From NCBI RefSeq assembly GCF_006345805.1, contig NW_021829670.1, forward strand, positions 1 to 31,897: a stretch of DNA of 31,897 nt, read 5' to 3'. The stretch comes from Octopus sinensis (Eukaryota). The position numbers and the translations under genes were made by a program. Under the pieces are notes generated by a model. It did no database searches. It worked only from the letters and a program-made list of their open reading frames with translations, and was not told the DNA's origin. Numbering within the stretch: the first letter of the stretch is position 1; every line of letters begins with the position of its first letter. Shown here piece after piece: positions 11,438 through 24,010 of the stretch.

Positions 11438-13197
11438 AGCAAACTCTATGCAAAGTATATGCACGAAATGAAAAAGAGCCTTGACCTAGTTACAACATTC
11501 TCAAAGGATGTAGGGTGGGAGTTTGATCAGGATAAATGTTATATGGTTGTGAAAAAGGGGAACATTGTGAACCAGACAAGCAACATCTCCATCAATGACT
11601 TAACTGTTTCCCCTATATCTGACGAGGAATATATCTTACAGTGGTACCTGCAGAAAAGCACGTGTCACTAAAGAATATTACAGCTGAATAAAGAAAATTT
11701 GGACATTAGAACTCTCTGCATTCAATAAAACAGTGGCTGACAGCGTGTTTGCAGTGGCAGTACTCATACCAACATTTGGGCTGCTTGGTTGGACGCTTGA
11801 TGAAATTCGAGACATTCATGTGAAAACCCGAAAAATACTAACAAGCACGCATAATTTCCACATCAAAAGTGACGTAAACCGCCTCTGCCTAAAACGAAAA
11901 CAAGGCGGCAGAGGCTTAACATCGATCCAAAATGCCTTTGAATGTCGTATCATATCCCTTTGGCAACATCTTTTGACCACCAAGTGTTGAAGTGCATCCC
12001 TTGACCAAGTTTGCATACATGAGGCTGCTAACATCATAATACTTGGAAGGCAGCTCCTTGAGCAACATTCCTTGTCTGATAACCTTAAATACATGCACAA
12101 AGAAGTCACACGACTCAACCGCAACGTATCATCAGATGAAAGGATGAGCATATATGAGCAGAAGACTATGCATGGACATGTTAGTAGAAAACTACGAGAT
12201 GATAGTAACATTGATAATCGAAACATTCTTTCATGGACTAATAGCCGGATTACTACCTCCCACTTTGAAGGGTATGCATTTGCAATCCAGGAACAGGAAA
12301 TATCATCCAAATACCCGATGCACAAAAGGGACAGAAATATAGGAAAAGCAGTAGAATGTGACAACCGACGCAGATTTGTGAAGTTAACACCGAAGATACC
12401 ACAGACATCATAAGCAGTTGTCCGAAAATATCAGCACGGTATTATCTACCGATAAGACATGATGTAGCTAAGACACTCTATAGTGAAATCTGTCGGAAGG
12501 ATAATCCCGAGGACAAAGAAATAAGAACCCACAGTATGGTAGAAGCCAAAGCCACTCATAATAAAAAGGAGTACTGGTGGAATGTTCCAGTGAAAACCTC
12601 AATAAAATGTAAGCACAACAGACCTGATATAATGATTTGGGATAGAGAAGAGAAACTGTGTACAACTGTGGAAATTAGCTGTCCAGCGGATGTTAACATA
12701 AAGCTGAAGAAGAGAATACCTACTATGAATTATTGAGAAATTTGCAGTTACAGATTACAAGTTCAGGTTTATACCTGTAATTATTAGGGCCCTGGCATAC
12801 GTAAATACCAATCTTGAGAAATTGGGCTTCTCAAAACCAGAAAAAAGAAAGCTAATTCGAAGACTACAGATCAAATCCATCACTGGAACTGTAAAAATCT
12901 GTAAAACTCTCCAGAAGTTTATCATTTAAATATATATGAGCATGTCTAAATATACAACTATATGCATGAGAATACATACATAAAGCAAAACATACAAATT
13001 TGCTCGCGTACATGCATGCATACATACATACATACATACATACATGCATACATACATACATACATACATACATACATACATACAAACAAACATACCCTAT
13101 TGTTGATGTTGAAGTTCCAATGAAGGAACCTTGAATCTAGGTTAGAAACCGGTTCTTTCTCTATTGGCAAGAAAGCTTGAAATAAACTGAATAATGA
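11438..13197 (+). mobile_element. 5'-truncated, frameshifted non-LTR retrotransposon with restriction-like endonuclease (R4/Dong-like clade)
   Basis: RT motifs just after YxDD (KLYAK..MKKSLDLVTTFSKDVGWEFDQDKC), RKQGGRGLTSI, FEGYAFAIQEQEI, decayed CCHC region (..DIISSCPKISARYYLPIRHDV), RLE core WWNVPVKTSIKCKHNRPDIMIWDREEKLCTTVEISCP; stop near 12929. Spread over ORFs 11459-12736 in several frames. (TACA)n on both flanks. Confidence 0.85.
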
Positions 13198-13212
13198 TAT
13201 ACATACATATAG

Positions 13213-13376
13213 GACGGGCTTTTTTTTTAGATTCTGTCAACCGAATCGACCCAGAAGACTTTGGCTGGCCCAGGGCTACAGTAGAAGTTACTAGTCCAAG
13301 GTAAGCGCGGTGGGACTGAACCCAAGACTACATGGTTGGTAAGCAAGCTTCTTAACGACACGGCCACGCCTGCGCC
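13213..13376 (-). mobile_element. SINE family A head fragment
   Basis: gtgggactgaaccc...catggttggtaagcaagct...gccacgcctgcgcc. Confidence 0.75.
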
Positions 13377-14425
13377 TAATACTATTAATAATAAGAACAT
13401 AAGCAAATGTTGCGAACGGTATGCAGATTTAAATATGAGGGAATAGTAAATAATAAGTGAGGAATTTACTATAACTGATCGCTTTATGTGAGAATAAACG
13501 AGATGTTAAATGAAAGCAGGCAGCGGAGAAAAGATGGAAGGAAGTTGGTAAAAAGCGAAATTAAGATGGCTGCCGCAGATGTTGTCAATTGTGTTGTAGA
13601 GACTGAAATATGAGAAAAAAATGAAATGTAATCTAACCTAAATTATTATTGAATAAATCTGTCTTCTCTGCCAACATTTTTTTCTATTCTAATCGGCTTA
13701 ATTCTATTCCTTAACACCAGTAAAAAACATTTACCCAGGAGACTCAGTAAAAGACGGCAAACAAGAGTCGAAACGCAGTAATAAATGTTTACGCAGTAAT
13801 ACAACTGTTTACTCATAGAGAGCGTTGTTTGCTTGTATCTAAACCTACTGACTCCCATGATGCTTTGAAATGATGCGTGTTTGTTTGATTTTTTTTTCTC
13901 GTTTTTCTGTTTGTATATATGTATATGTACCATTTTATTTTAGATGGTGTAGGGTTGTTCGTAGAAGAAATCAAACAAAAACAAACAATAAAACAGCAAT
14001 AAAACAAATACGAACAAGAAGAAAAGGAAGAAAAAAGAACAGGCAGTAAGTAACAAGCTGAAGTGTTAAAATCAGTAAGAAAAGAGCAATGCTTATGTCC
14101 TTGATGTCGAGGATCGATATTGGCGAAAGGATGCGATACGGTTGTTTTAATTAGCAGTGAAAGAGATAACATTGAAATTCTTGTTATGCAGATGCCAGAC
14201 AGGGGAGAGGGGTTAGGAGAAAAACTGAAGGTATAATGATATATAGATATGTCAAGTAGCCAAGATAAAATGAATGAGTCACGAACAATCCATCGTTGTT
14301 TCACACTTACCATACCTGCAAACTGTAGTTTCAGCCCGACCAATATCAATGCTGCCATGCTATTGCTTACATACATATATGCATACATACATATATGTAT
14401 ATATGTGTGTGTGTATGTATGTATG

Positions 14426-14480
<55 letters not shown>

Positions 14481-14934
14481 CACATATATATATATACATA
14501 CATACACACATATATATATACACACAGACATATATGCATACATACATGTGTACATTCAAACATATACACATACATATGCATATATGTGTATACGTATATA
14601 CATATGTACAAACATTTTTATATATACATATACGTATATATATATACACACATACAAACACATCATGTCTTACTATATTTCTTTCTTTAGGCATGTATAT
14701 GTTATGTCATATATATATATACATATATACGTATACAATAATCCCTCGCCATATCTTGGTTTATTATTTAAGCTTACGTTGATTCCTCTGTGGTGGTGTT
14801 TTGCATTTATGATAAAATAAATATATACAAATTATAGATATAAAAAATAAATATACCGTAGTGTTTCTACTTTGCGGATTTTTACCTATGGTGGGAGTTT
14901 TTGGAATATAACACCCGCGATAGTCGAAGGGTTA

Positions 14935-15031
<97 letters not shown>

Positions 15032-15037
15032 TGTATG

Positions 15038-15150
15038 TCATTATTCAGTTTATTTCAAGATTTCTTGCCAATAGAGAAAGAACCGGTTTCTACCCTAGAT
15101 CCAAGGTTCCTTCATTGGAATTTCAAATCAGCAACAGGGTATCTTTGTTT
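15038..15150 (-). mobile_element. Short copy of the 13085-13197 segment (probable 3' end of the R4-like element) inserted in (TATG)n
   Basis: Reverse complement closely matches 13085-13197 (gttccaatgaaggaacctt..tctagg.tagaaaccggttctttctctattggcaagaaa.cttgaaataaactgaataatga). ORFs 12958..13170(-) and 14872..15183(+) share PIEKEPVS.LD.RFLHWNF. Confidence 0.8.
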
Positions 15151-15222
15151 GGTTGTATGTATGTATGTATGTATAGTATGTAGTATGTAGGTATGTGTAT
15201 ATGTAATATTAATATATATATA

Positions 15223-15255
<33 letters not shown>

Positions 15256-15256
15256 G

Positions 15257-15291
<35 letters not shown>

Positions 15292-15769
15292 AAAACTCAA
15301 CATAAAGAATATATGATATCTGCCTCCAGTATATCGAGGAACTACATGAAGCGCTAAAGTTTTATCGCATGCCTGAATACCAGTATTCTCACCCTAAATA
15401 CTAGAAGCATTAATTTCTTCCTAAGTTACAATAGCTCTTCCCTCACATACTAATATACGAAACTACGTAACATATGCTGCTAACTCAGTGACTGACGGTT
15501 TTCCCACCAAAGTGTACGGGATTTAATACATTTTCTTTGTGTAGCTTTTAGTTTTTACTTACACTTTTCGTTTGATCTTTTTTTACGTTATAGATTATTA
15601 GCTTAATTTGCAGATTTTAAGTTGCGCGTCTGCGTGTTCGCTAAAATGTTTCATTAGATGATCGTAGCGAGACCATAAAATCCCTTCCTCTGTCTTTTCA
15701 TTATTATATTACGCAACACTAAGAGTTTCGCTCTGTGTGTGATTCTCTTGGATTTGCAGATTAAGAAAC

Positions 15770-16405
15770 AACAGTGAGCTGTTTTCCTTTAAGAAACTAT
15801 GCCATTTCTACTACGACAAAGGAGCATATTCGGCAAATTTTGCTTTATGAGTTCAATAAAGACAACAACACAATGGATGGTGCAAGTATATGGGGATCGG
15901 ACAATAAGCGTAAGCCAGTGTCAGCAGTACTTCCAGAAATTCCGAGCTGGAAACTACAGCCTAGAAGATGAGCCTCGTCCTGGAAGATCTGTAGAGCTTT
16001 GAGGATGTCCTGCAAACCCTGGTGGAACAAAGTGCCATCATAACTGTTGAGAAACTAGCAGAGAAGCTTAGATTTGGTCATGCAGCCATTCATCGACACC
16101 TGTGTGCCATAGGAAAAGTCAGCAAATTTGGTCAATTGGTTCTTCACAAACTTTCCGAGTCTAATCACGCGCAGAAAGTGAATGTGCGCTCTTCTTTTCA
16201 GTCATGTCTCACGAATGTATCTTTTTAGGACCGAATAGTGATTGGTGATGAGAAATGGGTTCCCTATGAAAATGTCTAATGCTGCAGACAGTGGGTAGGG
16301 AAATGAGAAACACAGGTACCCCTGGCTAAAGTGTTGTTATCTGTTTGCTGGGATATGAAAGGTTTAGTCCACTTTGAACTTTGAAACCCAAACCAAATAA
16401 TAACT
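15770..16405 (+). pseudogene. Decayed mariner (Tc1/mariner DD34D-type) transposase fragment
   Basis: KEHIRQILLYEF, YGDRTISVSQCQQYFQKFRAGNYSLEDEPRPGRSVEL, ITVEKLAEKLRFGHAAIHRHLCAIGKVSK, IVIGDEKWVPYEN, VLLSVCWDMKGLVHFEL. Frameshifts and stops; ends before the second catalytic Asp; TIRs not found. Confidence 0.88.
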
Positions 16406-16729
16406 TCTTCTAGTCAGCGCTAGAAAGTGGACTGAGTGCTAAGGGTGTGGCAGCCCGAAAAAGTTTAGGAACCACTGGTTTATACCAATGCGTGGGACTT
16501 AGATTACACCTAGGTTTGGAGAGCGACTGCTGCTGTTATATAAGCAGTGGAGAGTTTGAGTGGATTAACGGATCCTACATAACTGGACTTTCTTAGACTG
16601 TTCTTTTCTTTCGTAGATGGACTTTCGAGCCCGGAATATAAAGGTTTTTATCAAACTTTCTGCATTGTCAGAAACTGTCTATTTTCTCTCTTTTTACATT
16701 CTACAGACACACACACACACGCTCGTGTA

Positions 16730-16767
<38 letters not shown>

Positions 16768-17004
16768 TTTATATATATATATATATATTTAGTATGTATA
16801 TGGAAGGCATCTGTGTGTGCTTGAATAAATAGAGCAAAAAGGAGAGAGGAAAAATGGGAGAAAGCGACAGAAAGACAGTAAGCGAAAAGAGAAAATTGAA
16901 GGAACAGGAAGAGATAGATAGAATGCAAGATCAAATCATGATATAATCATAACAATCATCTAATAGTCAGACGAACAATCAATGATATGAAGACTTCTAC
17001 TCAC

Positions 17005-17272
17005 ATGTCCGTTTTGATCCAAATTGTTGTTAGTGAGTTTGAGTTTGTGGAATGAGACTGGTTGCTTCATCCAGTGCGAGCCTGATGCTGGGGAATCCGG
17101 GTGGACGTACAGACGTCCTGGCATGTGGGGTTCAGCTTTGCCTGTGACCACCCATTCGGAATTGTGATATTTGTAGCGACAGTCATCGACGGGGAGAACA
17201 TCAATAAGCAATATGTATTTGGTGTGAGGATCAAGTCCCTCTAGACTGACCTTAAGCGTTGGGAACATCCGC
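17005..17272 (-). CDS. T-box gene exon B (268 nt): RMFPTLKV...[33 protein letters not shown]
   Basis: tttttcag|G CGG ATG TTC...AAC GGA CAT|gtgagt. The first G completes CG|G (Arg) from exon A, followed by 89 full codons. Lies within ORF 16960..17358. Confidence 0.97.
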
Positions 17273-17318
17273 CTGAAAAAGGATAAAGAAAGGGGACATG
17301 AAAAGTATTTCACTTCTG

Positions 17319-17359
<41 letters not shown>

Positions 17360-17471
17360 CATAATTACAAACACACACACAAACACACACTTAATTTTGT
17401 TTAAAATAAGATAAAATTAAATTAAAAACAGCAGAAATTAAAGTATAGGCAATATAGGGGCATTATTCAAA

Positions 17472-17695
17472 GCGGCGAGCTGGCAGAACCGTTAGCACGC
17501 CGGGCAAAATGTTTAAATGTTTAGCGGTATTTCGTCTGACTTTACGCTCTGGGTTCAAATTTCACCGAGGTTGATTTTGCTTTTCATCTTTTCGGAGTCG
17601 ATAAAATAAGCGCCAGTTGACCACCGAGGTCAATTTAATCGACTTAGCCCCTCCTCCGAAATTGCTGGTCTTGTACCAAATTTGAAACCAATTTA
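17472..17695 (+). mobile_element. SINE family B
   Basis: Homologous to 20370-20604 over most of its length. Confidence 0.8.
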
Positions 17696-18405
17696 GAGAC
17701 ATACTGCGTAATGTATATATTATAAAGAGGGATAAAAGAACGTACTGCACTGTGTAGTCGTAGGTATGGATATCATATATCAGCTAAGTAGACGGAAACG
17801 ACGACCTTTCTTCAAAGACACAACACACTGTCAGTCTAGTAATCGAAACTACGACCTTGTGATAGGGAACCCAACACCTTAACCACTAGGCCATGGAGAC
17901 ATTGGCTGATGTAAAAAGACAAGGGTAGAAAGTCTTTTGATCTGCGGTTCTGTTCGACGAAGATCGACTCTTTGCGTCGTGGCAAAATATTGTAAGTGTG
18001 GTTCCAAACCGGTGTGTGTGTGTGAGTGTGTGCATCAGTATGTGTGTGTGTGTGTGTGTGTGTGTTCGTGTATGGTTCATGTTTAACCCTTGGTTAGACT
18101 TGATACAGCAGAGTTTTAACCAAAGACAATGAATCTCTGGCTGTGTATGTGTTTATGGGTGAATGTATGTGTGTAATGTATGTGTGTATGTGTATAGTGT
18201 ATACGTACATGTGTGCTGTGTATGTGTATATGCGTGCAATGTATGTGTGTAATGTGTGTGTTTATGTGTATAATGCATGCGTCGTATATCCGACCAATGC
18301 CTGTTTGCTAGTAATAGCATGTATGTGTTCATGTATGTGCGTATATCTGTAATGCCTGTGTGTAATGTATGTACGTATGTATGTTTATAGTATATGTGGT
18401 GTGTA

Positions 18406-18438
<33 letters not shown>

Positions 18439-18612
18439 GTGTGTGTGTGGTGTGTATGTGTGCAGGTGCTTCTCTGTATGTACTACTTTTATTATTTGTG
18501 TGTGTATGTCTTTGTGTGTGTGTGTTTGTGTGTGTAAGTGAGTGAATTGGCGTTTGTGTATCTGTGTGTTTGTATATGTGCGTGTATCATATTTACATAT
18601 AATATATACACA

Positions 18613-18775
18613 ACGGGCTCCTGCTCAGTTTTCGTGTACCAAATCCATTCACAAGGCTTTAGTCAGTCCGGGGCTATAGAGGAAGACACTTGTCCAAAGT
18701 GCTGCGCTGTGAGACTGAACCTGGAACCACGTGGTTGCAAAGCGAGTTTCTAAGCCGCACAACCATGCCTCTGCC
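18613..18775 (-). mobile_element. SINE family A head fragment
   Basis: accaaatccattcacaaggcttt...gactgaacctggaaccac. Confidence 0.75.
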
Positions 18776-18938
18776 TATAAAACATTGTGTATTAGGTTCT
18801 CTCAAGACTTGAACTCGGATCGCTGGATTCAGAAACCAGAATGCTAATAACATGAATCTATATGGTATTTGTCATATGTATGGGTTGCCATGACCGTGTA
18901 CATTTGTATGTTTATTCTGCGTGTGTGTGTGGTGTGTG

Positions 18939-19007
<69 letters not shown>

Positions 19008-19315
19008 CACACGTGCACCATCGCACTATTTTCTGTACGTTTGTGAAAATGTGTAGTTATCGTACTTCTGTCTGAATTCGTTCAGTCCGTATGATGTGTG
19101 TGTGTTTATGTATGTCTGAATGTATGTATATAATAAGCATGCGCTGCTCCGTTGGAGAGGGGCCGTATTTGTGAGACACGCCCTATTTATTTCACAGCTC
19201 CTGCCCTTTATTTAACGGTTGATAGGTCAGTGTATACATTGAGAAAGATTGAAGAGAGAGAGAGACAGGGAGGGAAAGTAGGTAAGAGACAGTCAAAGAT
19301 CGATAGACAGAGACG

Positions 19316-19353
<38 letters not shown>

Positions 19354-19853
19354 AAGTGAGAGAAAACAAAAAAACGAACCGATTGGGCGATACGTATAGG
19401 AGCTACCACTCCTATGTATCACACACACACACTCATACATGACATGCACACACATACAAACACACACACTCAAACATGCACACACATACACACACACACA
19501 CACGTACTCATATATACACACACACAGCGCGCGCATACATACACACGTGCAATTTAGTCAAGTCGTTGTTTTGAGAGACTCTTGCACCCACACCAATTAG
19601 TCTCACGACAGTAAATAGAGATTAGATAAGTAATTACAGAAACTTGAATCTGTAATAACAGGTTTGATAAGTGGGAGGAGAGATGGTTAGTGGGTGTGTT
19701 GTTTTGTATTTTAATTTCCTTTCTTTGTTCCGCCCACCTCCATACATACATCCATACAGACAGATAGACATAAATACATACATACATACATTTATTACAT
19801 ACGTACGCTCGTATGTATACACACATACTCATACACCTGTATGCACACACACT

Positions 19854-19916
<63 letters not shown>

Positions 19917-20057
19917 GCACACACACACACACTCGCACACACCACACACTCGCACACACACACACACACTCGCACACACATATATATATATGTGTGTGTG
20001 CGCACACATACTTACACATACATGTGCACACACATACGCACATACAACACATACATT

Positions 20058-20369
20058 GACGCAGGCATGGTTGTGTCGTTTTAGTAGTTTTCTTTGCAGT
20101 GATGTGGTTTCGGGGTTCAGTCCCATTGCGCAGCAACACCTTGGACAACAATAGCCCCGGGCCAACCACTACCTTGTGAAGGGATTCGGTAGATGGAAAC
20201 CATTTAAAAGTCAATATTGCCTCTGTGTGTGTGTACGGATGTATGTCTATATGCGTGCGTGAGCGCGCGCGTGTGTGTCCGTCTCTCGCCGCTTGCTGAA
20301 TGCTGTCAGTTTGTTTACGACTACCTAACCCAGTTGATCGGTTCAAAGAGGCGATAAAATAAGTACTAG
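20058..20369 (+). mobile_element. Diverged SINE family A, truncated by a SINE B insertion
   Basis: gacgcaggcatggttgtgt...gggttcagtcccattgcg; tail motif gataaaataagtactag at the insertion point. Confidence 0.6.
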
Positions 20370-20604
20370 GCGGCGAGCTGGCAGAAACGTTAGCACGCCG
20401 GGCGAAATGCGTAGCCGTATTTCGTCTGCCGTTACGTTCTGAGTTCAAATTCCGCCGAGGTCGACTTTGCCTTTCATCCTTTCGGGCTTCGATTAAATAA
20501 GTACCAGTTACGCACTGGGGTCGATATAATCGACTTAATCCGTTTGTCTGTCCTTGTTTGTCCCCTCTGTGTTTAGACCCTTGTGGGTAGTAAAGAAACA
20601 GATC
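20370..20604 (+). mobile_element. tRNA-derived SINE family B, full length with 13-bp TSD
   Basis: gcggcgagctggcagaaacgttagc...gagttcaaattccgccgaggtcgactttgcctttcatcctttcggg; aaataagtactag duplicated at 20357-20369 and 20605-20617. Confidence 0.85.
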
Positions 20605-20942
20605 AAATAAGTACTAGAATTAATAAAAGATGAAAAACAGTGTTGGAGTCTATTTGAGCTACAAACACACGGAGAACCACACACATGCTAGTGCCTAGCT
20701 GGCCACCGTTGCTGTCCAAGAGAAAGCAAGGGTTTTTTAAATATTTTCCTTGGATAACAAAGGAACCAATGAGAAAGAAGACTTGTATGTTTGTGCAGAG
20801 TATTGGTCTTCCTTAAAGAGAACGTCGCCCAGTCCTGTTGCTTGGAACGGGAGTTATCTATTGTCTCACAAAACATACAAAAGCCGCACGTATGTGCGCG
20901 CGAGCTCGTGCGTAGTCAGAAGGAAGAGAAAAAGCTTTAGCA

Positions 20943-21126
20943 TACTCTTTACTCTTTTACTCTTTTACTTGTTTCAGCCATTTGACTGCGGCCATGCTGG
21001 AGCACCACCTTTAGTCGAGCAAATCGACCCCTAGTACTTATTCTATCGGTCTCTTTTGCCGAACCACTAAGTTACGGGAACGTAAACACACCAGCATCGG
21101 TTGTCAAGCGATGTTGGGGGGGAGAC

Positions 21127-21176
<50 letters not shown>

Positions 21177-21190
21177 CATACATACATACA

Positions 21191-21226
<36 letters not shown>

Positions 21227-21397
21227 CATACATACGACGGGCTTCTTTCAGTTTCCATCTACCAAATCCACTCACGAGGCTTTGGTCGGCCCGAGGCAAT
21301 AGTAGAAGACACTTGCCCAAGGTGCCACGCTGTGGGACTGAACCTGGAACCATGTGGTTGATAAGCAAGCTACTTACCACACAGCCACTCCTGCGCC
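20943..21397 (-). mobile_element. SINE family A, full length
   Basis: Reverse-complement match to 7161-7623 and 21664-22100. Confidence 0.85.
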
Positions 21398-21663
21398 ATA
21401 CTTTCTCTTTTTTTTTTATCGCTAATCCGCTTACTTTATTGACAGCGTTGTTGTTTAGCGCCGCTATTTTGTATATTAACGGAGTTCATTGTCTAAACTA
21501 GGGATGCGCAATCTTTTTCGTCCAGAGGGCCAAATCGTGAATCCAATCACTCAAGGCGGACCGCAAAGTATATGAGATAATTTGGATGATGAGGAAACAT
21601 ACAAAAACAATAGTATAGAAAAGAAATATAATAATAATAAAAGTTGATTAATAAATACTATTA

Positions 21664-21875
21664 GGCGCAGGAGTGGCTGTGTGGTAAGTAGCTTGCTCAC
21701 TAGCCACATGGTCCCGGGTTCAGTCCACTGTGTGGTACCTTGGGTAAGTGTCTTCTTCTATAAACTCGGGCCGACCAAAGCCTTGTGTGAGGGATTTGGT
21801 TGACGGAAACTGGAAGAAGCCCGTCGTATATGTAAATATATATATATATATATATATAATATATATATAATATAA

Positions 21876-21914
<39 letters not shown>

Positions 21915-22100
21915 AATATATTTGTGTGTCCGTGTTTGTCCCCTCAACATCGCTTGACAACCGATGCTGGCGTGTTTACGTCCCTGTAACTTAGGCAAAA
22001 GAGACCGAAAGAATAAGTACTAGGCTTACAAAGAATAAGCTCTGGGGTCGATTTGATCGACTAAAGGCGGTGCTCTAGAATGTAAAAGAGTAAAAGAGTA
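21664..22100 (+). mobile_element. SINE family A, full length
   Basis: ggcgcaggagtggctgtgtggtaag...gtaaaagagtaaaagagta. Confidence 0.85.
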
Positions 22101-22784
22101 AAGCCAAGTAAAAAAGTATGTGTGTTTTCAGTGTGTGATTGTGGTACAAGCAGTTCGCCATATTAATTTTCAGTTATTCATTAAACTAAGAAAATATTCG
22201 CAGAATGGTCTTGCGGGCCGCCGGTTGTGCTGCGCTGGTCAAAACGTTACGTTTTCTTTATTAAGACTGCTGGGCATGAAATTTGAGCGAGAAAGCTCTA
22301 CTATTTCTAGCATGTTGCGCGACCACTCAGTGACTACTTTCTCTTTAGCTTGTTTCATTGTTCCACTCAAATTTCAATCTTTTCTCCCGACTCTGTTGTC
22401 ATTGGTTGGATGCGGCTGCTTGGCGACCATTAGCTACTAAGTGGGGATTTGTTAATGAAAAGCCAGGCCCACAACTAGAGCTCTCCCACCACCTCTTACA
22501 ACGTCGTTCAATGCACCCGAGGCTGGTATCGAACAGAAAGTTTAGATTCGACTGAATCATTAGGCGATCTTAGAGTTTAGCGTGCCACGTCCACTTAGTC
22601 AAATTTTAGCGAATAATCTGCTTGCTTTGCAGCATCGGAAGAACCTCCTTCTTTTATTGGGCACAATGCTACGGCCAGTTTGTTTGTCATAGGTGGATAT
22701 TTACCGGGTGCAATCTGGAATTATTTTAAAGTGGTTTTGTTATTGAGCATCCCTTTTGTGTTAGCGTTGGTGTCATCTTCGTTG

Positions 22785-22945
22785 TCTCCTCCTCTTCTTC
22801 CTCCCTCCTTCTTTCTCCCCTCTTCTCCTTTCTCATCCCCTCCTCCTCCTCTTCTTCTTCTCCCCCTCCTCCTCCTCCTCTTCTTCTTCCTCTTCCTCTT
22901 CCTCTTCTTCTTCTTCTTTCTTCTTCTTCTTCTTCTTCTCTTCTT
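22785..22945 (+). repeat. Polypyrimidine (CCT/CTT)n tract
   Basis: Direct reading; a potential triplex (H-DNA) former. Confidence 0.9.
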
Positions 22946-23108
22946 CTCGATGGTGGGTGTAATTATTATTATAAGGGGAGTTAACTGCTATTTCTAGCGG
23001 GTAGAGCGACTGCATATAAGAGGTTGAATTCACAAGGGAAAAACAATACAAAATTTTTCAATTAATATATATTCCATGAGTCCAAATACAAGAATAATTA
23101 ACTAGAAC

Positions 23109-23173
<65 letters not shown>

Positions 23174-23396
23174 AAAATAATAATGCTTAATCACATTAAA
23201 AATATTCCCTATGACAAACAAGTTGGCCGCAGCGCAAAAAGTATAAAAAAACAAAACAAAAAGCAAATATAAAGCAAAATGAAATTCTCTTGCGGCCGTC
23301 AAATGAATCGATACTAACTGAAGTCAGGGCAAAGTGAAAGTAGCACGTTTAACACAAAGATCGCCAGAGTATTCCCCTTCGATTTTATATACAAAC

Positions 23397-23610
<214 letters not shown>

Positions 23611-23663
23611 CTCTTTGGGCGGGTATCTGTAAGTATTTGTTACACACACACACACACACACAC

Positions 23664-23698
<35 letters not shown>

Positions 23699-24010
23699 GC
23701 GCAGGCGTGGCTGTGTGGTAAGAAGCTTGCTTCCCAACCACATGGTACCGGGTTCAGTCCCACCGCGTGGCACCTTATGAAGTACCTTCTACTATAGCCT
23801 CGGGCTGACCAAAGCCTTGTGAGTGGATTTGGTAGATAGAAACTGAAAAATGCTCGTCGCATATGTGTGTGTGTTTGTGTGTCCCACCACCACTTGACAA
23901 CCGGTGTTGATGTGTTTACACCCCCGTAACTTAGCAGTTCGGCAAATAAAAGAGACCGATAGAGTAGTACCAGGCTTTAAAAAATTAAAAAAAAGAACTG
24001 GGGTCAATTT

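Noticed and set aside
13117-13155. Hammerhead-like pattern ccaatga..aacct/aggtt..gaaaccggtt in the TACA-embedded unit
   Set aside because: The core reads CCAAUGA rather than CUGANGA (essential G5 missing) and the spacing around stem II does not fit.
13736-13778. Hairpin gactc...gagtc followed by gaaacgc
   Set aside because: No CUGANGA box upstream of the stem.
13813-14388. 191-aa minus-strand ORF
   Set aside because: Starts in a microsatellite, includes low-complexity A/T tracts, has no recognisable motif and no compatible splice sites with the T-box exons.
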